NCBI GenBank assembly: GCA_044892525.1
Contig: CM097885.1
Span: forward strand, 234,362,001 to 234,426,000
DNA length: 64,000 nt
DNA from: Schmidtea polychroa
Taxonomy: Eukaryota
Reading direction: 5' to 3'
Under the pieces are notes generated by a model. That model was not told the DNA's origin, ran no database searches, and saw only the letters and a list, made by a program, of their open reading frames with translations. Below are positions 14,021 to 22,774 of this stretch, one piece after another. The stretch's first letter is position 1. Each line of letters begins with the position of its first letter. Position numbers and translations under genes: made by a program.

Positions 14021-14919
14021 TATAATATTTTCAATATTTTTAAAATTTTAAAATTTGCATAACATATGCATATCATATGACAATACATTATTTGATATGT
14101 CATAAAACGGAAATTTGTTTCTTTTTTATTCATTATATAGATTCCAATATTATAACAGAATAAGGATTTTAATAATTTTTGAAAATATTTAAAATATAAT
14201 AATTAAAATGTGCAGAACAAAATACTAAGACTTTATATCATGTTTGAAAAAATCAAACTTTTTATCCATGTTTAAAAATTTGAAAAATAAAATAATACAA
14301 ATTATGATTAATAATATAAAATCAATTATATAATGTAATTATGCATACAAAAAATTGTCCAGTGAAAATAACTTAAATAATTTAATGGATTCTGATTGGT
14401 TCATAATGATTTGCAAGTTTCTGTATAAAATAGATGCAAAATAAAAAAATCATTTCTATAAAACGAAATAAAAGTGAGTTAATTTGCTACATACATAATC
14501 TTTCATAACTTTATTTTCTATAAATATATGTTTGAAAGGATGTTATCAAGTTAAGTTTTGATACTATCAGTTTAATTAGGAACCCTTTCAATACAAGTTA
14601 TACATCATTGAATGTAATATTTAAGGATTACAATTACATATTCATTTAAAATATATATTTCTAATTTATATTAATATTATGAAACTAATTACTAGGAACC
14701 AACAACTTTAAAACAAATATTATATAATATACCATTTGAAAAATTCAAGATATCAATCGAAAAATATTTTTGAAAATATTTTTGGCAATCAATAATCAAA
14801 TTCAAATAAATGTAAATGTATCATTTATGAATTGTGTAAAGGATAGTATTTGATAAAGTTAATGAAATGAATCAGTGATTAGAATTGTGTTGTTGAATTA
14901 TTATTAAAATTTGTCTTTG

Positions 14920-16115
14920 AAAAATATTTCATAAAAATTTCCATTAAAAATTATCTTAAAAATTTCCATCTAAAATTATCATTGAAAAATATTTCATAAA
15001 AATTTCCATTAAAAATTAACTTAAAAAATTATTTCATAAAAATTTCCATTTAAAATTATCATTGAAAAATATTTCATTAAAAAATTTCAATTCTCAAACA
15101 CTTTCTATTATTTCAACTTTTTGTTAATAAATTTAAAAATCTTACTTTAATTTACTTATTACATTACTTTAATTTAATTATTTAAAAATTATTACTTTAA
15201 TTTACTTATTTAAAATTTTTTACCATTGATTACTTAATTTTAAAATTAGGACCATTATTTACTTTAATTTATTTTTAAAAACCTTAATTTGCTTTAATTT
15301 AATTTTTTAGGACCATAATTACTTAATATTTGAAAAATTTGGACCATAATTTACTTTAATTTTTAAATTTGAGCCATAAATTACTGTAATTTAATTTTTT
15401 AGGACCATTATTTACTTTAATTTAAAAATTTGGACCATAATTTAATGTAATTGAAAAATCTGGACCATAATTTACTGTAATTCAAAATTTTTGACCATAA
15501 TTAACTGAAATTTAATTTTTTAGGACCATAATTTACTGTAATTCAAAAGTTTGGACCATAATTTAATGTAATTTAATTTTTTAGAACCATTATTTATTAT
15601 AATTCAAAATTTTTGACCATAATTAACTGAAATTTAATTTTTTAGGACCATTATTTACTTTAATTGAAAAATTTGGACCTTAATTAACTTTAATTTAATT
15701 TTTTAGGACCATTATTTACTTTAATTGAAAAATTTGAACCATTATTTACTGTAATTTTAAAATTTGGACCATAATTTACTGTAATTTAATTTTTTAGACC
15801 CATAATTTACTGTAATTCAATTTTTAGACCCATAATTTGCTTTATTTTTAAAAATTTACTATGTTTTTTAGTGTAGACCACCTTTTTCTATTGAAATTCT
15901 CAGGACCAAGGAGACCCACCTTAATTTAATTCGAAAAATCCATGCTTTTTTATTGATAGTCGGATTTTTGTATTGAAAATATCCTGAGACCTTAAATTGC
16001 CACTCTTTTTTTAGTGTAGACCACCTTTTCTATTGAAAATATCCTGAGACCTTAAATTGCCACTCTTTTTTAGTGTATACTGCCTTTTTGTATTGAAATT
16101 CTCAGGACCAAGGAA
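14920..16115. repeat. Compound satellite: A-rich unit (AAAAATTTCCAT), ~30-32 bp GGACCATAATTTACTGTAATT units, then GTGTAGACCACC/CAGGACCAAGGAGACC/AGTCGGATTTTTGTATTG units
   Basis: Units read directly; the same three-part array occurs at ~31575-33395 and ~36585-37980. Confidence 0.85.
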
Positions 16116-17769
16116 ACCTGTGATTGTTCAAAAATCTTAAATTATTTAGTTTTTCTATTTTTCCTGAGGATGATAGAAAAACTGTCGAAATATATTTCTC
16201 ACTTATATTCACTATTATTCTCCACTATTTAATCCCTATATTACCCCCGATTTTCCATTAATTATTCGCCTATAACCCCCACCCCGATTTTCTACTTATA
16301 TTCCGCCGATTTTTATTAATTATTCACTTAAAACATCCCCACAAATATTTGTTTTAAAAGTTTTTTTTTATTAAATTTATGAATTTTATGAAATAATTTT
16401 AAATAAATTCAATTAATATACTTCCATTCTTATCCACCTTCTTCTTTTCTATACTACTTCTCATTATCTACCTCCATTAATGGATTATTCTACCAATTAT
16501 TTTCACCCATTTGAATCGAGTAATGAATAATTTCCTCACTTTAATGAAGATTCTTACCACCTTCATTGTTAATTTTATCAAAATTTAAAGAATATTTCTC
16601 TTTACATTGCTTACCACTTTAGATTTTTTATCGAAATTTACGATAATTTGACTAATTCAATGATAACTGAGTTAATTAATATATACTCTGAGTTTATCCG
16701 ACAAAATATTCTGTCCCCCTATGGGTATTGCTCACAAGGGTACTACTCACATTCAACATGTCGCAAGGGTATTAGTCGTAAAGGTATTTAATGTTTTTAT
16801 TTGAATGATTATTTAGACAAATTTGTTTGCATTCATTGATAATTTTTAGAGTTGATGGTTTTATTCAAGTAAATTTCTATCATTTTTATGAATTTCTATC
16901 ATTTTTTGTAATTTTCTATTATTTTCATGAATTTCCGTACTTTTTTGTGAATATCCGTAATTTTTGTAGATATCTATCATTTTCATGGATTTCTAACATT
17001 TTTGCAAATTTCATGTTTATTGAATGAATATTTAATAATTTAATGCTAATTCTAAGATAAATTTAATTAATTTCTTGATAATTGGATGTATTTTTATTGA
17101 CTTGTTTTTTTAAATTTTAAATAAAAATTATTTTCAATGAGGTTAATAATTAGAGATTTTACAATAATGAAGTGATATGATAAATTTTTATGAGGATATT
17201 GAATAATTTTCTAAGAATTTCATGTTGACTGATAAATTTAATTGATAAATTTAATTAATTTCTTGATAATTAGTTGTATTTTATTGAATAGTTTTTAAAT
17301 AAAAATTAATTTCATTGACAATTAGGTTAATAATTAAGTGATTTTTGATGATAACTTTGTAATGTATTTGACTAAATAATTTTTCAATAATTTTCTAAGA
17401 ATATTTACACATTGATGCACTTTAAAAAACATAAGCTAAGAAACCAACTTTATCAATGACTTTAAATGTACTTGATAATTATTGTAGAATATACAGAAAT
17501 TTAGTTTGCTGTTATTGCTTGAAAATGATTGGTTGAATCGATGAAGAATTATGATCAATCAATATATATCATCTCCAGTATTTGATGGTAAATATTTGTA
17601 GAAAATATTGATTTTTGATCTTTTAGTGAACTCTTACTACATAGCTACTAAATTATTTCAATGGAAGAATATTTGGTGTCTATAACAATTAAGTCATATT
17701 TTTGAAGTTCTTTAAAGATTTTAAGACTGAATTGAATTAAAGGAGGATTCAAGTGGGTAGAATTGAAGG

Positions 17770-18030
17770 ATATATTCGGTTAGATGTTTAAAGAGGTAGA
17801 AATATTTGCTGAGAGATCGATTAAGATGGGAATATATGATCTTTTGAGGGGATATAGTTGGTTAGATTTAATGAAGGATGCGTTAAGATGGAAATAGATC
17901 ATTGTAAGGGAGATATAGTCGGTTAGATTAAATGAGGGATAGGTTAAGATGGGAATATATTATTGTAAGTGAGATATAGTCGGTTGCTTTTAATGAGGGA
18001 AAGGTTTCGATGGGAATATATGATTTTTTA
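17770..18030. repeat. Degenerate ~55-60 bp tandem repeat, 4-5 copies
   Basis: GATATAGTCGGTTAGAT...GTTAAGATGGGAATATAT recurs. Confidence 0.65.
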
Positions 18031-18479
18031 AGGGTGATGTTGGTAAAATATCATTGTTTTAAGGGAAATGTCAATTAGTCAGTTATGAATCAATAATAAT
18101 GTGAAATTATATCGTTTTATTAGGTTGTGATTAATGCACAGTAAATTAATTTAGAACAATGTTTTATTAAGTAGGGATAATGATCGATTTACTTGGTTTT
18201 GACAATGAAAACTTTACAGATAATTGGGATTGATATCAACTTTAAATTATTTTTTTTTCTCTTTATTTAAACGGAGAATGACAAAAGTTTAGAAATAGGG
18301 ACTTAAAACATTGATCTTTATTGGAAGAAATCTTGATTTTAATTAGTAATTAAATCGGTTGAATATTGGTAAAAATGATCATTTGAAGAAATATATTTTA
18401 TTGAATGGATAAATTTAATCTTTCAATGGGACCTAGTCAGTTATATTGTAGTAATATTTATTTAAAATATCGAGTACAG

Positions 18480-19227
18480 TGTTGTACCCGGTAATTTAGC
18501 GGCTTTTGACATTCGATTAGAAACAGGAACACTTTCATTAAAATAGGTTATTGAATCCGCAAACTTTTCTTGCCTATCACACAAAAATAATGATGATTTC
18601 TTCAATGCAATTTTCCCAATTTTATTCATGGCTTAATTAAACGTAAATAATAAATTGAATTAATCCACTACAAGTTTTATTTTAAATTCCAAAATTTTTA
18701 ATTTGAAATACAAAAATTTACAGATCTAAGTAAAACAAAAAATATATCATTCGATAAAAAATAAACAGATTTTTAAAAATATATAATTTAAAAAGCTTAA
18801 CGATTTTATAAAGTTCGCGTAAGAATTTCAAATAGTCAATTACTAATAAATAAATGCAAAATAAACAAATTTAGGTTTTTATATTATTGTTAGGATTTGT
18901 TCCGTATTTCGCGAATTGTAATGGATGAGGGTGTTGGTCTATGAGAGCCAACACTAAAACTATTGGGAGCCGAATACAGTTTATCTTGATAATGATGACA
19001 TGGCATCGAATTTGCTTTACTCTTCTGAGATTGATTAATAGAGCCTGATTGATAAGTAGAAGTATTAGCTGATCGCACGAATTTTGATTGACTGTTATTG
19101 TGTTCTGTTTGGTCCTTAGTCGCTGGTGACCGCGCATTTATATATATAATATAATATCGTATAATATAATATAATATAGTATAATAGGTATATAGATATT
19201 GTTAAGGCCGTGTAACGGCTCACTACA
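18480..19227 (-). repeat. 3' LTR (748 bp)
   Basis: TGTTG...CTACA; direct repeat of 25384-26131. Confidence 0.95.
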
Positions 19228-19396
19228 TCAGCCCCACGGGAAGTCGCGGAGCGCACAGGGACTCAAGAATAGAGATTGATGAAAGATCTACTAGAAACAA
19301 GATGTAAGTCGAAAAGTATTGACAATTTATCAAAGGTAGATAGTGTCTAAAAAGGAAATCGGCGATTGATGAATTAATTGATCACATGGAATAAAG

Positions 19397-22300
19397 TTAA
19401 GTGAATTTCAGCATCAGATGTGTCAAATTTTCATTGGAATAGACTCTGGCAAGTCTTGGAGGTTTGGAAATGTCTTCCCCAATTTGGCGCACCCAAATCT
19501 TATCACTATGTTTCACATTTTTCGCGGTTCGCTGCTTGTCGGGTTTCGAAACAATTGAGCGAAGATTTAGTGGATTTGTTGTTGCTGAATGTGTATTCAA
19601 TGTAGCTAAATTTTCATCGCGTTGGTAGTTTGTGATCATGGTACGCGCGATTTCGTTTGAGTCCGTGGCCGGTTCTACTGAAAGGTTTTCGTTCGACGTA
19701 GTTGAAATGGGTTCGACTGAGACTTTCTCTAAATCAGAGTGAAGTTTGTCCTCGTCCACGTCATCAGAAATCATAAAAGCCGGTTTAAGTCGGCACAAAT
19801 TTATATTTTGGGTAACACCGTTAATAACGATGTGAGCATTGTTATCCTTAATGTCGATCAATTTGTAAGGCCCCGAATATCTCGGTTTGAGACCTGAATC
19901 CGTAATATTACGAAGATAAACGTGAGTTGCATCCTTGAAGGACTTTGGGACGTACGGTGTATATGAGGAAGCATAAGAAAACTGTGGGTTGCTATCGATC
20001 GAAAGAAAATGATCTCTAGCCATATCTAATTCCTCAAAGGTAGGAGCGTTATCAAAATCAACTAATTCGTTAGGTAACGATGTTGAAGAACCGAAAAGTA
20101 ACTGTGCCGGTGTAGTTCCGGTAGTCCTGGAGGGTGTGTTACGCCAACCAAGAAGGACAAAAGGTAAAGCTTTAGTCCAATTAAGTCTCGATGAAAGTAT
20201 TCCAAGAGAGGTCTTCAAAGTACGGTGAAATCTTTCGATCATGCCGTTTGTCTGAGGATGGTAAGCAGTTGAACGGAGGTGTTGTATACCGAGCTTTTCA
20301 GTTAGCTGTTGAAATAACTGGGATTCAAACTGAGATCCCCTGTCTGTGATTATTGATTTCGGAACACCATATCTAGAAATCCAATGTTGCAAAATTGAAT
20401 TTGCTACAATTTCAGCAGAAATGTTTTTCAGAGGAATAACTTCAAACCAACGCGTTTTCCGGTCAATCATAGTTAATAAGTAAGAAAAACCGCGATCAGA
20501 AGGCAAGGGGCCGACCAGGTCGATGTGAAGAATTTCGAACCTATTTCCGGTCGGATAGTGAATCATCTGTGGCTTAGTGTGTCTAGTGATCTTGTGTTGT
20601 TGACAACCGATGCACTGACTCACCCACAATTTAATATCGTGCCTCATTGCTGGCCAAACCACATGTGAATGCAATAGGTTGAAGGTAGCCGACGAGCCTG
20701 GATGATGTAAGTCGTGAATGGAGTGGAAAGCTAATTTCCGTAAGGAATCGTGCAAAATCGGTCTTAAAACACCTGATAAAGACGAGTCAAAGTGTACTCC
20801 GTCCACGATTTCAAGTTTATCGCCAAAAGCAGCTAGATCTTTTTCCGAAGGTGGATTGTCGCGGAGGCACTGTACTGGAAATATCGGATCGTGCAATATA
20901 GCGTTGGTGCTGCGGGAAAGACAGTCTGCAATAACGTTTTCTTTGCCGGCAATGTGGCGTATTTCGCAAGAAAATTCTGAAATATAACTGATTTGCCTCT
21001 GTTGTCGTGGAGATGGGTCTTTCATTCCAAAAAGATAAGTTAGCGGTTTGTGGTCAGTGTAGATGACAAAAGGACGACCTTCAAGCAAGTGCTTGAAATG
21101 TTTGATTGAAAGATATATGCCTAAGAGTTCTCGGTCGAAAGCCGAATATTTCCGTTGAGCGGAAGAAAGTTTCTTTGAGAAAAACTCTAAGGGTTCAGAA
21201 ATGTCATTATGTAATTGGTGTAATACTGCACCAATAGCAACGTTTGATGCATCAGTGGTCAGACTCCAAGGTAAATCAGCATTGGGAAAATGGAGTGTTT
21301 GGATTTTCGAAAGTGCCGACTTAGCGTTTTCAAATGCACTGAGTGTGGTATCGCTCCATGACACTAAAGACTTTTTTGGTTTTGAGACGAGACCTGAAAG
21401 AGGTGACAAAATGTCAGAAACCCCTGGAATAAAACGATGACAATAGTTTATCGTTCCCAAAAAACTTCTCAGTTGTGAAACTGTTTTTGGAAGTGGGAAT
21501 TTGGCTATGGTATCTAGTCTATCCGGAGGAGGTCGGATTCCATCTGCGGAAATTAAATGTCCCAGGAAACGAGTCTCGTGTTGGAAGAAAGTACACTTAT
21601 CGACGTTTACCTTAAGGTTGTATTGCCGAAGTGCTGTTAAAGTTCTTGTTAGATGGGTTTTATGCGTCTCTAAGTCAGGTGATCCGACTAAAATGTCGTC
21701 TATGTAAGGAACTGCGAAAGGTAGGTCCATTAAGACTTGATCAATATACCTTTGAAAGGTCTGTGCAGAATTCCGAAGGCCAAATGGCATATGCACGTAC
21801 TCGAAAAGTCCGATCGGAGTTATTACGGCTGTTTTTTCTATGTCAGACTCTCGCACGGGTATCTGATGGTACGCCTTCACGAGGTCGATTGTGGAGAAAA
21901 TCTTTGCCTTTGAAAGACGGTGAAGGATATCACTAACAAGCGGCATGCTATAGGAATCATGTACCGTAATAGCATTAAGGTTTCGATAGTCGCCACACGG
22001 ACGGAAAGTGCCATCTTTTTTTGGGACCAGGTGCAATGGCGATGACCATGGAGATTTAGATCTCCGAATGGTACCCTCATGTAAGAGGTTAGTAAACTCG
22101 GAACGTACAAATTCGAGTTTTTCATTCGACAGTGGTCTAATTTTGCATCTAACTGGTAAAGATGAAGTTGTGTCGATCGTGTGGCAGTAAAGCGGCTTCG
22201 AAACGTCACTTATTGGCGTGTTAAAACACCTATTAATAATATCTAAGGCTATTTTTTGGTGTTCGATTGTTATAACCGTTTTCGACGGAGTAGTATTTAT

Positions 22301-22762
22301 ATCGTCCGTTCCTATCCGTTGTGGATCTTCAAAGATGTTTGAGGGAATAGTGCTGCAGTTTAATTGATTATTTATCCTTAAAGTGCGTCCGCGGCAATCT
22401 ACGAGTAGTTCGTTAGCGCTTAAAAAATCAGATCCTAATATGGGGATAATAACCTCTGCTATATAAAATTTCCACTCAAATAATTGGTCGGACAGAAATG
22501 GCAACGAGAAAGCAATTGTCTTTGAACCTAAAGTCTCAACAACACTACCGTTTGCGGCCTTCAAAGAAATATCGACAGTGTTGAGGTCTGGAAGGTACTC
22601 TTTAGGTAAGATCGACAAGCTGGAACCAGTGTCGACAAGGAATTTTAGTCTGTTGGAAGGAGACGACAATATATTAAAAGCGTTTGACTCTGCTTCTATT
22701 AAAAATAAGTCTGATTTCGATGAAATTTTGCCTCCCACCTCTGCCGCTAGAAGTGGTGGCAT
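19397..22762 (-). CDS. pol: Gypsy Pol polyprotein (aspartic protease, RT, RNase H, integrase), probably reached by -1 frameshift
   Basis: FLVDTGS; LVPKKDG..RPCGDYR; YIDD; TDAS...DRELL...TDHKPL...ADCLSR; HHCC zinc finger; D-D-E core (HIDLVG, TDRGSQF, NGMIER); GPY motif. Confidence 0.97.
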   Translation of the reverse strand: MPPLLAAEVGGKISSKSDLFLIEAESNAFNILSSPSNRLKFLVDTGSSLSILPKEYLPDLNTVDISLKAANGSVVETLGSKTIAFSLPFLSDQLFEWKFYIAEVIIPILGSDFLSANELLVDCRGRTLRINNQLNCSTIPSNIFEDPQRIGTDDINTTPSKTVITIEHQKIALDIINRCFNTPISDVSKPLYCHTIDTTSSLPVRCKIRPLSNEKLEFVRSEFTNLLHEGTIRRSKSPWSSPLHLVPKKDGTFRPCGDYRNLNAITVHDSYSMPLVSDILHRLSKAKIFSTIDLVKAYHQIPVRESDIEKTAVITPIGLFEYVHMPFGLRNSAQTFQRYIDQVLMDLPFAVPYIDDILVGSPDLETHKTHLTRTLTALRQYNLKVNVDKCTFFQHETRFLGHLISADGIRPPPDRLDTIAKFPLPKTVSQLRSFLGTINYCHRFIPGVSDILSPLSGLVSKPKKSLVSWSDTTLSAFENAKSALSKIQTLHFPNADLPWSLTTDASNVAIGAVLHQLHNDISEPLEFFSKKLSSAQRKYSAFDRELLGIYLSIKHFKHLLEGRPFVIYTDHKPLTYLFGMKDPSPRQQRQISYISEFSCEIRHIAGKENVIADCLSRSTNAILHDPIFPVQCLRDNPPSEKDLAAFGDKLEIVDGVHFDSSLSGVLRPILHDSLRKLAFHSIHDLHHPGSSATFNLLHSHVVWPAMRHDIKLWVSQCIGCQQHKITRHTKPQMIHYPTGNRFEILHIDLVGPLPSDRGFSYLLTMIDRKTRWFEVIPLKNISAEIVANSILQHWISRYGVPKSIITDRGSQFESQLFQQLTEKLGIQHLRSTAYHPQTNGMIERFHRTLKTSLGILSSRLNWTKALPFVLLGWRNTPSRTTGTTPAQLLFGSSTSLPNELVDFDNAPTFEELDMARDHFLSIDSNPQFSYASSYTPYVPKSFKDATHVYLRNITDSGLKPRYSGPYKLIDIKDNNAHIVINGVTQNINLCRLKPAFMISDDVDEDKLHSDLEKVSVEPISTTSNENLSVEPATDSNEIARTMITNYQRDENLATLNTHSATTNPLNLRSIVSKPDKQRTAKNVKHSDKIWVRQIGEDISKPPRLARVYSNENLTHLMLKFT

Positions 22763-22774
22763 TATAAGTTTTTT
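22730..22774 (-). promoter_or_regulatory. Putative -1 ribosomal frameshift signal
   Basis: A_AAA_AAC at 22774-22768, a short spacer, then the stem CCACTTCT-AGCGGC-AGAGGTGG. A -1 shift enters the pol frame. Confidence 0.75.

Larger units (their letters stand above)
5023..14075. repeat. ~9.05 kb tandem (macrosatellite-like) unit, copy 1; the next copy starts at ~14076 and is cut off at ~14882
   Basis: 5023-5831 recurs at 14076-14882 and from ~47005. The rest of the unit recurs at 38126-50186 and 63527-64000. Confidence 0.9.

Noticed and set aside
19125..19135. TGGTGACC, a tRNA-Trp-like PBS motif
   Set aside because: It is inside the LTR, antisense to the element and a short match; a better PBS lies at 25369-25382.
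18871..19137. 88-aa and 62-aa ORFs in both LTRs
   Set aside because: No recognisable homology; they are duplicated only because they lie in the LTRs.
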